From a virus (taxonomy: Duplodnaviria; Caudoviricetes): a stretch of 64,000 nt of DNA. Position numbers and translations under genes: made by a program. How positions within the stretch are numbered: position 1 is the stretch's first letter; each line of letters opens with the position of its first letter. Shown in pieces: positions 19,632 to 28,450 of this stretch. Under the pieces are notes generated by a model. That model was not told where the DNA came from, did not search any database, and saw nothing but the letters and a program-made list of their open reading frames with translations. Where the stretch lies: positions 58,805 to 122,804 of the IMG/VR virus record IMGVR_UViG_3300014059_000970; one strand, given 5' to 3'.

Positions 19632-19634
19632 GTA

Positions 19635-19702
19635 TAGCCCGTCAGAGAATCGAACTCTATCAGGAAGATTCAAAGTCTTCCGTTTACCCCAGTAACCGGG
19701 CA
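19635..19702 (-). tRNA. tRNA-Gln(TTG), reduced D arm
   Basis: GAAGA-CTTTGAA-TCTTC and T arm TAGAG-TTCGATT-CTCTG. Confidence 0.78.
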
Positions 19703-19849
19703 ATAAAACCCACCACCATCCCCTTCTTGCGAAGTAATCACCTGATTGACCACTAAACTTCGGGGACCAACCCAAAGCCGGAAACTTGGTCGAATACAAT
19801 CAATCCTAATTTAATTTAGGGCTTGTAATTCAGTTACCAACGCAGTCAG
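19703..19849 (-). ncRNA. Candidate multi-stem structured RNA between tRNAs
   Basis: Nested helices TTGATT/AATCAG and GACCA/TGGTC, plus hairpins CCTAA/TTAGG and CTTC-GCAA-GAAG. Confidence 0.4.
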
Positions 19850-19919
19850 TACCAAACAAGGGATTTGAACCCTTTTAACTTCCTTATGAGAGAAATTCCG
19901 CTAGCCCAGCGCGTTTGGC
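19850..19919 (-). tRNA. tRNA-Met or Ile2 (CAT), short D arm
   Basis: GCCAAAC/GTTTGGT, loop CTCATAA and T arm AAGGG-TTCAAAT-CCCTT. Confidence 0.8.
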
Positions 19920-19938
19920 AACTTATTATACACTAGTT

Positions 19939-20406
19939 TTACAACAAATCGGCCGTATTTTCAAAAATTTTGACCAATTGTGGAGACATTTCAAATCTAG
20001 TGCCGTTATGTTCAATAGACTTCCTAATATTACCATCATTATGGCGTTCACTAGAAGCTTTCCAGTCACAAAACATTTCTAATATATCTAGTATATTCAT
20101 GTCATTTACCCCATTCTTAAAGTGCTGGGGATGATGACGATTATGAGCATAATGATGGTCTAATGCCGGCTTCATATCCTGAAGACTATCCTTATACTCT
20201 TGTGTACCATAAGTCATTTTACATAACTTTTCAGTATATTCAGTAAAATACTCAACTTCTGGCGATTCCAATTTAGATTTATCGTGCTTATCGGCCCTGT
20301 CTAATAAATCCTTGACAAAGAAATGAATTAGCTCCTGAACCCGTCTAATATGCTTGCTCGTATCAAAATTCGTTGCCTGTTCCTCTAAAGTCAAACCAGT
20401 TGACAT
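19939..20406 (-). CDS. HD-like hypothetical protein (DUF5662-like)
   Basis: HDKSKL, HHYAHNRHHPQHF and EMFCDWKA. Confidence 0.7.
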   Translation of the reverse strand: MSTGLTLEEQATNFDTSKHIRRVQELIHFFVKDLLDRADKHDKSKLESPEVEYFTEYTEKLCKMTYGTQEYKDSLQDMKPALDHHYAHNRHHPQHFKNGVNDMNILDILEMFCDWKASSERHNDGNIRKSIEHNGTRFEMSPQLVKIFENTADLL

Positions 20407-20407
20407 T

Positions 20408-20626
20408 TTATTCTATTCCTTTCGTCTTAAGATATTCTAATAATTCGGCCGCTTCAGATGGAGATAAATTGGCCAGCTTATTTTTTAAGTCGTCAAAACC
20501 ATCTCCGCACGCAATTCCTCCGGTATTTTTATTACCGTTTCCGCCCCATGAGACGACCCTATTACACATTCCGCATTTTGTTGTTTCTGCTTGTGGGTCT
20601 ATATAATCTCTTGAAAAATCTATCAT
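20408..20626 (-). CDS. Small hypothetical protein
   Basis: ORF in operon context, with CxxC. Confidence 0.5.
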   Translation of the reverse strand: MIDFSRDYIDPQAETTKCGMCNRVVSWGGNGNKNTGGIACGDGFDDLKNKLANLSPSEAAELLEYLKTKGIE

Positions 20627-20635
20627 CCTGCGGAG

Positions 20636-21109
20636 CTATCCTCCAAGTATTTCATATTCTTTAATTACCTTGCCCGCTTCTGCAAGAAGCTTTTCTGCTT
20701 CTTCGGCTGGGTCAAATACTCTTGGCTTAATCTCGTCATAAACTAGGAAAGGAGTTTCCGTTTCTAGTTCCATGTGACACTTCTTAAACTTACGTCCACT
20801 TCCACATGGGCACGGCTTATTTCTTGGCGGCTTATATCCTCGCTTAAGTTGTTCTCCATAAGGAGGAGTTAGATTTGGTAAGAGTTTTGTCTTATCAATT
20901 TGTGGGTTTGCAGAATATGGGTTATCTACTACTGATTCGATAAATCTGCGAACTCTTCTGGCGCGTTTTCCTGGCATTCTATTCCTCTGTCTTGGTTTGT
21001 GTTTTATTGCTGCAAAACCTTCTTTTACTATTTTATAGTCCTCTGGAGAGATATTACAATCATCGTCCAACATTATAAAATTTGTTCTTATTCCTCTGAT
21101 TTTTTCCAT
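20636..21109 (-). CDS. SEC-C motif protein
   Basis: RNKPCPCGSGRKFKKCH, with a GGAGG SD. Confidence 0.75.
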   Translation of the reverse strand: MEKIRGIRTNFIMLDDDCNISPEDYKIVKEGFAAIKHKPRQRNRMPGKRARRVRRFIESVVDNPYSANPQIDKTKLLPNLTPPYGEQLKRGYKPPRNKPCPCGSGRKFKKCHMELETETPFLVYDEIKPRVFDPAEEAEKLLAEAGKVIKEYEILGG

Positions 21110-21123
21110 AAATCCTCCTAAAG

Positions 21124-21196
21124 TACCCGCTGATGGAATCGAACCAACTACTCAACCTTGTAAGGGTAGCGTGAAAAGCCATTTCACTAAGCGGGC
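21124..21196 (-). tRNA. tRNA-Val(TAC)
   Basis: GCCCGCT/AGCGGGT and loop CTTACAA. Confidence 0.88.
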
Positions 21197-21209
21197 AGCG
21201 TATAGCCTT

Positions 21210-21237
21210 ATTATACACCAATTATTTCGGTTGTCAA
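21210..21237 (-). promoter_or_regulatory. Sigma70-type promoter
   Basis: TTGACA-N16-TATAAT with GGTG before the -10. Confidence 0.75.
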
Positions 21238-21240
21238 GCC

Positions 21241-21852
21241 CTAATTTATGTCTTTTTCGTTCTTTTTTCCGCCGGGTGCAAAATAGTATTGTGGTAAAAG
21301 TCGCTTTCTGGTCGCAAATTCCTTTAGGCGAGCCTCGTCTTCGGCGTCTCCATAAATAACACAAGCGTAGTTCTTAAATCTCTTGTGAAATTGTTCAATT
21401 GTAAGATGTAGAGGATATCTATTGTTTTGATGATTATTTAATACCTCTGCCCTATTAGCTAAATCATCATAGCCAACTAGATTAACACAATGCGCAGTAT
21501 CAAAAAATATAATAACAGGGCGACCTTCGGCTACTGCTTCTTTAATGAGCTTTACGCAAGCATCCCGACCTGAAGCATCTTTATATTTAACTCCATAACT
21601 AGTAATCACTCTCCTTAAATCACTAGCCGACGCACCACCCTGACATCTTCTATCTTTTCTTACATCATATAGTTGCTCAATCCCTTGAGTCATAGCGCAA
21701 TTATATAGAGAATTCCATACACATGTTCCTCTAGTGTTTAGACTGCGGTATTCCTTTGGAATTGGAGACTGTATATCCCAACAGTCATCCAACTCCGCAG
21801 AATATAAATTACTGACAAATAAAAGTATAAATAGGGAAAGTAAATATCTCAT
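21241..21852 (-). CDS. Secreted papain-like (C39-like) cysteine peptidase
   Basis: Signal peptide, GTCVWNS, GRPVII, HCVNLVGYD and LNN. Confidence 0.7.
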   Translation of the reverse strand: MRYLLSLFILLFVSNLYSAELDDCWDIQSPIPKEYRSLNTRGTCVWNSLYNCAMTQGIEQLYDVRKDRRCQGGASASDLRRVITSYGVKYKDASGRDACVKLIKEAVAEGRPVIIFFDTAHCVNLVGYDDLANRAEVLNNHQNNRYPLHLTIEQFHKRFKNYACVIYGDAEDEARLKEFATRKRLLPQYYFAPGGKKNEKDIN

Positions 21853-23441
21853 TATTCGCCCTTTTCAAAAATACGAACAACAACTCTGTTCAAAAATTCG
21901 TTTACAGCGTGCATTGTTTCATCATGTAGGATTGCCTTTGCTACTGGATTTAGAACTGTTTTATGTGCTTCTACCAGTGTCATAGGTGCTTCTTCTGCAA
22001 CAAAAGCAACTTGTTCTCCCATTACTGGAGCTACTATTGTTGTTGTTATGCCCAACTTCTTGGCAATAGCTGCGTCAACCCTTCTTGCTACTTCGTTGTC
22101 TAGTTCGTCTGCTCTAGCTCTTAATCTTTCAGCGCTTTCGGCACCAATATATGGAGCTACGGCATTTGCTACTCTTTGTTCAACTTTGTCTAGGGTAGCT
22201 TCGCGCACTTCATCTTTCTTTGCTAGGGCCTTTGTTAAGTAGCCGTTCTTATATAGATAACGAACAACCATTACAACTACGGTAGCTAAACCGCCACCGC
22301 CTAACCACTTAACTAGATTTTGATAAAAGTCCGCTTCGGCTTGTGCTTCGTCGGCCTTCTTATCTGCGTCTTCTAGTTCTTGGATTACTGGTGGAACTTC
22401 AACTGGAACATTAAAATCTGGTACGCCGTCAAGATATGGGTTTTCTGATGGATTAATATTTGGAGATGGACTTGGATTAAGAGTCACATCTGGACTTGGT
22501 GTTACATCAGGTGTCTTATCAGGACGAATAATTGGAATTAGCTTTGTTCTGTCCCTGACTGGTTCTGGCACCGTTACCATTGGTACATCAACTACCTTTG
22601 GTGGTAATTGAGCTGGTTGTACAACCTTTGGTTTAGCTGGAACAACAGGACGAACATTGTAATTATACTTACTAGGGGCAAATCTAGCCCTCTTTAGTCT
22701 ATTAAAAATAACTTGTTCATAGTTATCTGGTAGTTGAATTACGCTTGGTTCTGAAACTTGACCATTTAGGCTAGCTAAAATTGAATCAACTAGAACTGCA
22801 CCACCATGATTTTCTTCATAGCCCATTGATGTTGGCTTACCGGCAACTCCACCGCCGATTCTCCAAGTAATCATACCCTTTAAATATGTTTCATATCCGC
22901 TTGGACCCTTTGCTACAATATATAGACCAGAGCCTGATTGTCCGCCTAATGGGGGTGGATAGAATAAAATACGGTCTGATTCTTGGCTAATAATAAAACC
23001 TTCAAAAGCAGAAGGCCAACGAGCCCCTGGACATCCTGCGCTAACTACATAATTACCAACAGCTTCTAGTCCTGCTGGAGCTAATTTAGCAACTCTTGGT
23101 GGATACTTACCGAAGTATCTTTCATCAATAGATAGCAGGGCGTAGTCTGTGCTTGTCCTTTCAACAAACTTTGTCCATACAACGGTTGCAGGTAATGGGG
23201 TTGTTTTGCGTCCATTCTTAAAGAATTCTAACTGAACATTGTTATTGTTACCAACAACATGTGCATTAGTTAGTATGTAATACATGCCGTTCTCATGCTT
23301 AATACATGAACCACTTCCATAGTATTGGCCAGCAGTAACTCTACAAGTTGCTTCCAGTATTTGGTTAGCGCCCCATAGTTCTGCTTTAGCAGATACAGGA
23401 ATTAGGAGTAGGCATAAAGTTAAAAAAAGTGACTTAAACAT
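21852..23441 (-). CDS. Trypsin-like serine protease with signal peptide, Pro-rich linker and TM segment
   Basis: LTNAHVV, DYALL and GQSGSG triad, with a PV/PD-rich linker. Confidence 0.82.
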   Translation of the reverse strand: MFKSLFLTLCLLLIPVSAKAELWGANQILEATCRVTAGQYYGSGSCIKHENGMYYILTNAHVVGNNNNVQLEFFKNGRKTTPLPATVVWTKFVERTSTDYALLSIDERYFGKYPPRVAKLAPAGLEAVGNYVVSAGCPGARWPSAFEGFIISQESDRILFYPPPLGGQSGSGLYIVAKGPSGYETYLKGMITWRIGGGVAGKPTSMGYEENHGGAVLVDSILASLNGQVSEPSVIQLPDNYEQVIFNRLKRARFAPSKYNYNVRPVVPAKPKVVQPAQLPPKVVDVPMVTVPEPVRDRTKLIPIIRPDKTPDVTPSPDVTLNPSPSPNINPSENPYLDGVPDFNVPVEVPPVIQELEDADKKADEAQAEADFYQNLVKWLGGGGLATVVVMVVRYLYKNGYLTKALAKKDEVREATLDKVEQRVANAVAPYIGAESAERLRARADELDNEVARRVDAAIAKKLGITTTIVAPVMGEQVAFVAEEAPMTLVEAHKTVLNPVAKAILHDETMHAVNEFLNRVVVRIFEKGE

Positions 23442-23527
23442 AGAAGTAAACCCTAAACAGGTGAAGATAGTTATACACTATATGATACACCTGGATAGGG
23501 CTACTTCTTTCAACATCAACTATATAA

Positions 23528-23728
23528 CTAGTTGATTATGCCACGTCTCTTTAACGCCTTACGAGCTAAAGACCTGCTCTCATGTACTCTGCGCTCTCTA
23601 ATTAATTGACGAGCCTCATTTGGGTTTCCTCTAAAGTAGTGATTGTAGAAATCCCTACCGCTTACTTGACCAGTAGCAAAACCCTTTACTGCCTTTACGT
23701 TTCTCTTGATTAACTTGTCCCAATTCAT
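23528..23728 (-). CDS. Small basic hypothetical protein
   Basis: GGAGG SD followed by ATG. Confidence 0.6.
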   Translation of the reverse strand: MNWDKLIKRNVKAVKGFATGQVSGRDFYNHYFRGNPNEARQLIRERRVHESRSLARKALKRRGIIN

Positions 23729-23742
23729 TTTTTGTCCTCCGA

Positions 23743-24207
23743 TTAACGAAATAAATAAACTCTTCTTAATTGATACGCTTCATTTGGAAATTCAATATTC
23801 TTATCTGTCCAATAAGTTATTTTGGTTCCTATGTCCCAGCTATATTTGTAGTATCCAAATCTATGATAGCTGGCCCATCTTTCTTCTGATTCTTTTAAAT
23901 GCTCAACAGTGTATGGAATGTCTTGTTCTTCTAGATATTCTGTAATATAGTAATCTAGAACCCATACTGGTAGAATTACTTCGTGTTTTTTACCTCTTTT
24001 CCCTGTCCTATATTGGTTTCTACGCCTTGATTTCCAGCACTTGTCTTTATGAACATGGACATCGTCGTATGAGTCTGGTAGATTATGTCCATATCTTTTA
24101 GCGCGAACATATTTCTTACCATGAGCATAATTCCACCTACGCTCTTGAGTTGTCTTTGGGCTTCTGTACCATGAATCGGTTTTTGGCCCGTACTTCTTTT
24201 CTTTCAT
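23743..24207 (-). CDS. Basic hypothetical phage protein (start MKEKK)
   Basis: GGAGG SD 6 nt before the ATG, and RSPKTTQERR...VRAKR...LPDSYDD. Confidence 0.65.
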   Translation of the reverse strand: MKEKKYGPKTDSWYRSPKTTQERRWNYAHGKKYVRAKRYGHNLPDSYDDVHVHKDKCWKSRRRNQYRTGKRGKKHEVILPVWVLDYYITEYLEEQDIPYTVEHLKESEERWASYHRFGYYKYSWDIGTKITYWTDKNIEFPNEAYQLRRVYLFR

Positions 24208-24209
24208 TT

Positions 24210-24283
24210 TTGCCTCCACGGTTAATTAGGTTACGACCTAATTCGTGTGGCAATCGCGCAAGCAATCATCCTATTTTCTCCTG
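24210..24283 (-). promoter_or_regulatory. uORF (MIACAIATRIRS*, 24231-24269) plus SD-sequestering hairpin
   Basis: A CAGGAG SD precedes the uORF. The hairpin TTGCC-ACACG-AATTAGGT-CGTA-ACCTAATT-AAC-CGTG-GA-GGCAA buries the next SD. Confidence 0.55.
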
Positions 24284-24299
24284 TGTTAATTGTTAAAAG

Positions 24300-24373
24300 T
24301 ACCCCACTAAAGGAATCGAACCTTTTCTTAGAAGTCCGTAGCTTCTCGTGCGAATCCGGCACACTCAGAGGGC
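24300..24373 (-). tRNA. tRNA-Arg(ACG)
   Basis: AGAAG-CTACGGA-CTTCT and AAAGG-TTCGATT-CCTTT, with a bulged acceptor stem. Confidence 0.82.
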
Positions 24374-24601
24374 TTATAGTTGTTCTTTAAATCTTAAATC
24401 TTCTATTTCTTGTTTGTGGCTTTTAATTCCAATTACTTTGTGACCACTACATACCATACACTTTGGCCGTCCACAATCTAAAGGATGTTGTTTTCTAAAA
24501 CGCCCTTTTGATTTTTCTGGAAATCTTATTCCCATCTTCTTTGCTTGTTTTTCTCGTCTAGTTTCCCAGTGTTTGTCATTATCGTGGTTGTTATATCTCA
24601 T
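24374..24601 (-). CDS. Small basic Cys-containing protein
   Basis: CGRPKCMVC motif. Confidence 0.6.
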   Translation of the reverse strand: MRYNNHDNDKHWETRREKQAKKMGIRFPEKSKGRFRKQHPLDCGRPKCMVCSGHKVIGIKSHKQEIEDLRFKEQL

Positions 24602-24638
24602 TGTAAATCATCCCAAATGAATTGTCTTGGAAAGTAAG

Positions 24639-24715
24639 AGTCGAAAGGCGGATTTGAACCACTTATTAAGAGATTTGCAGTCTCTCTCCTAACCATTAGG
24701 ATTAATTCTATCGAC
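24639..24715 (-). tRNA. tRNA-Cys(GCA), atypical acceptor-D linker
   Basis: AGAGA-CTGCAAA-TCTCT, U73, and extra nucleotides before the D arm. Confidence 0.75.
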
Positions 24716-25289
24716 AGCAACGCCTTGGGTGACAAAAATATGTTTTAATTATTGTCTGCTTTGTTAAGATGCTCTTTTCTTGTGACTCTACTTTATCTAG
24801 TCTAGTATCAAGAGTTACAAGTTCTGCACTAATTGAACCTAAAGCTTCTCCAAGGGTTTGGAAAATAGCATTCATTGTTAGTTTGTATTCATTAAACTCT
24901 TTATAGTGGGCTTCCGCTCCAGCTAATAAGGCTTTATCAACTTGACTTGATGTATTTGCTTTGTCTTCTAAATTGGCAATATAAATCTTAAGCTGACCGT
25001 TTTCTGTAACTAAATTAGAAACTTGTTCTTGTAGTTCAAGGACTTCTTTTGTCAGGTCGTTCTTTTCTAGAGAGGCTACTCGCTCTTCTAAACTTTTTGT
25101 GGTTATCTTTGTACTTTCTACAGCGTCTCTGGCCTTTTTATCAACATAAAGTTTGACTTGCTCTGCCGTATTTTTTACATTACGTTCGGCGTTTTCAATT
25201 GTAGTTTTATTAGGAATAAACCAAAATATTAAAAACACTAGTAAGGTAAATCCTCCCAGCATTAGAATTGCTCTTGTTGGTTCTGTCAT
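24708..25289 (-). CDS. Membrane-anchored coiled-coil protein (start MTEPTR)
   Basis: GGAG SD, an N-terminal TM helix and a long heptad region. Confidence 0.6.
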   Translation of the reverse strand: MTEPTRAILMLGGFTLLVFLIFWFIPNKTTIENAERNVKNTAEQVKLYVDKKARDAVESTKITTKSLEERVASLEKNDLTKEVLELQEQVSNLVTENGQLKIYIANLEDKANTSSQVDKALLAGAEAHYKEFNEYKLTMNAIFQTLGEALGSISAELVTLDTRLDKVESQEKSILTKQTIIKTYFCHPRRCCR

Positions 25290-25311
25290 ATTTACTCCAA
25301 GATAGATTAAG

Positions 25312-25396
25312 CGGATAGGACGGGTACGACCCCGCATTGCTTTTACACATCACAATTTAGCAAATTGGACCAACAAACTTATTTGGCTCTCTATCC
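25312..25396 (-). tRNA. tRNA-Ser(GCT), divergent
   Basis: GGATAG/CTATCC-G73, loop TTGCTAA, long variable region and non-canonical T loop. Confidence 0.6.
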
Positions 25397-25401
25397 GTAT
25401 T

Positions 25402-26028
25402 TTATTTCAACCAGCCAAGTTTCTTATATTCTTGTTCTAGCCAAAGTACCCTGTTATTATACACGAAATCTAGAAACTCGTCAAGTTCTTTTTGTTCGGA
25501 AAATCCAGATTTTCTTGATAATTCTCTGGCCGAATTTACATACTCTTGGAATTCAAGGACGTGATTATAGCTATCTATCGAGCGTTTTTCCATTCCTTCA
25601 TCAAGGCCAACTAAACATCCTCCTATATAAGCGATATATTCGTCTAGGACGTAAAACGGAGTGTCATTCCAATACTTTTGCTGTTCCACAAGATAGAGTT
25701 GATAATTTGGTCCACGCCTTTTGACATTATCAGCAACTTCTTTTAGTGTAACTTTTGGATTACTAAATAAAAAAGCCCTATCTTTTAGTAAGTAATAGGC
25801 GTTTGGTCTTTTGTGCTTAAGTCTTATTTTTGAATGCAAAACATGTAAACTTTCATGTCCGCTTGTTATGAGGTCTGTATCTTTAAAAACCTCTCCTTCG
25901 TTCAGATGTGAGCAAATGTCTCCATATACTCCAACGCCAAACCTTCTTAATGGCTTATATTCTATCGTTTCGGCATTACAAATACTAGACAAGAAAAATA
26001 GTATAAGGGCACTAACGGCTATTCGCAT
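25402..26028 (-). CDS. Secreted hypothetical protein with HExxH
   Basis: Signal peptide, HESLH and LDEYIAY. Confidence 0.55.
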   Translation of the reverse strand: MRIAVSALILFFLSSICNAETIEYKPLRRFGVGVYGDICSHLNEGEVFKDTDLITSGHESLHVLHSKIRLKHKRPNAYYLLKDRAFLFSNPKVTLKEVADNVKRRGPNYQLYLVEQQKYWNDTPFYVLDEYIAYIGGCLVGLDEGMEKRSIDSYNHVLEFQEYVNSARELSRKSGFSEQKELDEFLDFVYNNRVLWLEQEYKKLGWLK

Positions 26029-26233
26029 TATATGCCAGAGTTAACTGGACTTGTTCCTCAAAGTCTAATTCTGAAATTATGGCGAAAAACTCTTTTCTTT
26101 CCATTGAGACCAAACCAGCCTCGGCCGCAGCCTTTAGTGCATTCTTTTTAGAATTTGGGCCAATATAGCAATGGCCGTTGTCACCATAGCGGTGCCCTAC
26201 CTTCTCATCGACAACACAAATTTGTAAAGACAT
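26012..26233 (-). CDS. Small hypothetical protein
   Basis: ORF in operon context. Confidence 0.5.
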   Translation of the reverse strand: MSLQICVVDEKVGHRYGDNGHCYIGPNSKKNALKAAAEAGLVSMERKEFFAIISELDFEEQVQLTLAYNANSR

Positions 26234-26983
26234 CTACCACCCCATGTATTTTTTATAAATATCGTCCATTATTACCCACTTTCTTTCTAGTCTAGGAGTA
26301 TTCCACCCTAAACAAAATGAGTAAAACTTCATTATGTCTGTTTTATTAGACATTTCTACGCTCACACAAAAATCACTAGCTGATTGCTTATATATTTTGC
26401 ATTCACATGGTAATACACTTTTTAGCCATTCCGAACATTTTGGGCTACAAGCAATTCTTGCTCTTTCTGAGTCACAACATCCGTCTCCATCAAATAGACC
26501 TCTTACAAAGTCGCCTAAATATCTATTTGGTATTTTTGGTTCTAAAAAATTATAAGTTTTATTAGGAATAACTCCAAATTTTTCTAAACTTGGTCGGAGA
26601 TTATAGTTGTCTATATTTAGATAGCATTTACTATAACTTTCGCTTTCATATGGCTTTACATTATCGACACCAAGTACAGATAAAGAAAACTTTTTAAGAT
26701 GATTTATGTCTTTCTCGGCAAGGTGGACACTTAATCTATTTCTATCCGAATAGATACATCCATCAGCAAAAATGAATCCTGCCCAATACGCAGACAAGGG
26801 ATTTACCTCATTGAAGAATGAGATTGTTTTCTTGTCTAGTTTTGATTCCAGTTCTTCTTTTAATATTCTATTTTTAGAACGTGTTCCGCCATAAAGATTT
26901 AATTTACCAGCTTTTGCCCAGCGTCTTATGGTTTTTTCTCCACAATTTGCTATTTGGGCAGCCTCTTTATAATTTATATACAT
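26234..26983 (-). CDS. LAGLIDADG homing endonuclease with N-terminal HTH
   Basis: AYWAGFIFADGC and FVRGLFDGDG, with an N-terminal YKEAAQ...TIRRW HTH. Confidence 0.88.
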   Translation of the reverse strand: MYINYKEAAQIANCGEKTIRRWAKAGKLNLYGGTRSKNRILKEELESKLDKKTISFFNEVNPLSAYWAGFIFADGCIYSDRNRLSVHLAEKDINHLKKFSLSVLGVDNVKPYESESYSKCYLNIDNYNLRPSLEKFGVIPNKTYNFLEPKIPNRYLGDFVRGLFDGDGCCDSERARIACSPKCSEWLKSVLPCECKIYKQSASDFCVSVEMSNKTDIMKFYSFCLGWNTPRLERKWVIMDDIYKKYMGW

Positions 26984-27029
26984 GGTATGATGTCCTTTCT
27001 ACCCTTGTATACACCATTTCAGTCCAAAG

Positions 27030-27101
27030 TACGCTTGGAGAGACTCGAACTCTCACAAAATGATTGGAAATCATTTATGCTAACCATTACATCACAAACG
27101 C
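27030..27101 (-). tRNA. tRNA-Gly(TCC)
   Basis: AATGA-TTTCCAA-TCATT and GAGAG-TTCGAGT-CTCTC. Confidence 0.92.
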
Positions 27102-27105
27102 TCAA

Positions 27106-27177
27106 AGCGACTAGTCAAACTTGAATTGACCCCTCAATGTTGGCAACATTGTGTACGAACCCCTATACTATAGTCGC
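27106..27177 (-). tRNA. tRNA-Gly(GCC)
   Basis: GCGACTA/TAGTCGC-U73 and CAATG-TTGCCAA-CATTG. Confidence 0.9.
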
Positions 27178-28007
27178 GCTAATTCTTTTTCAAGCAGAAC
27201 TATTAACTGTCCAATACATTCAGTATTCTGCGTTTTTTTCTGCTTACTATAAATATACACTTCTTTTAAGTATTCTAACCTAATTTCTGCTCTATTTTTG
27301 TAACTTTTATAGTCCAAACCGGCCTGTTTACCAATTTTGGCAGCCGCTATGTAAGCTCCTAACTCATTAACAAACCCAAATTTAAGTTTCGTACTAGGAA
27401 TATAGTAGATTTGGCCATAGTCGTCATATAGTTTGATATCTTTTTTGGGAGAAAAATACTTCTGTATTATCTTTGAGTCATAGACCCTAATATGTGGCAC
27501 GCTATCTATTATATCAATGAATGGAAAGTTTATATGGACAACCCTATTTTCTAGTAGATAAAGAGATTCCACCCTATCTTCATCAACAAAATTACCACCA
27601 CCATAAATATAAAAGTCCTCTGCCTTTTCTGTATATCTTTCTTTGATTCTTGCATTTAATTTTAAAACCGCAAAGTAATATGCTCGTAGTGGATTTTGCC
27701 CCTCTTTAACCCTTATTCTTTGATTTCTTACTTCTTGTTTTAGGTCAGATGTATAATCTCCAACCTGGGGGCCAACCATTTCAATTATTATGTCGTTCTT
27801 AACTTCAATTTGTTCGTATGGCTTTTCCGCCGCTTCTTCTAGCTCTTTTCTGCTAAAGGTTTGTGCATTGCAGATATTGCTGGAATATGTCGCGGTCCAT
27901 AGAAATAGTATCGCCGTGCTGATTAATAAATAAGTTTGTCTTTTTCTTTGAAAAGTTAAACCCATCGAACACGCCCTTTTCCTTTTGTTCTGATAAGCAC
28001 ATCCCAA
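27168..28007 (-). CDS. Hypothetical protein, distant paralog of 25402-26028
   Basis: Hydrophobic N-region. YLLENR resembles YLLKDR and NELGAYI resembles DEYIAYI. Confidence 0.5.
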   Translation of the reverse strand: MGCAYQNKRKRACSMGLTFQRKRQTYLLISTAILFLWTATYSSNICNAQTFSRKELEEAAEKPYEQIEVKNDIIIEMVGPQVGDYTSDLKQEVRNQRIRVKEGQNPLRAYYFAVLKLNARIKERYTEKAEDFYIYGGGNFVDEDRVESLYLLENRVVHINFPFIDIIDSVPHIRVYDSKIIQKYFSPKKDIKLYDDYGQIYYIPSTKLKFGFVNELGAYIAAAKIGKQAGLDYKSYKNRAEIRLEYLKEVYIYSKQKKTQNTECIGQLIVLLEKELARL

Positions 28008-28165
28008 TCTTTTTAATATCTTGCCTATCTAGGACTACCCACTCTCCATTTTGGCCCAGTATTATACTTCCTTTGTCATTACGCCCAATTAAAAGACCAG
28101 AGTTTTCGTATAGTGTTTCTTTTATGTATTCTTGCATGGTAGCTCCTTTCTACTATATAGAACAC

Positions 28166-28450
28166 CTAAACTATTAGGTTTTTCTTTTTAGGAGTTACTA
28201 ATTTGGACTTTTCTGAAAATGTTAGCAAATGATAGTTTACGACTTTTTCGTTTGGATTCAAAGTAAACAAGATTTCGCTATTTTCTAGTGTTATAGAGTC
28301 GTCTGACGACAAAGACTTTAAAATATCAACAAATTTATAGTCATGGTCAGTAACAACGACAAATAACGGATTTTTGATTGTTGTAAATTTATCGTCTACC
28401 GATAACTCTCCGACTATCATTTGTCCATTTTTCAATCTAACTATCTTCAT
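28166..28450 (-). CDS. Sm-like small phage protein
   Basis: MKIVRLKNGQMIVGEL...IKNP pattern. Confidence 0.55.
   Translation of the reverse strand: MKIVRLKNGQMIVGELSVDDKFTTIKNPLFVVVTDHDYKFVDILKSLSSDDSITLENSEILFTLNPNEKVVNYHLLTFSEKSKLVTPKKKNLIV

Noticed and set aside
19617-19799. 60-aa ORF, and N-terminal extensions of ORFs at 19600, 25337, 32392 and 35745
   Set aside because: They overlap well-formed tRNA genes. Downstream starts were used where plausible.
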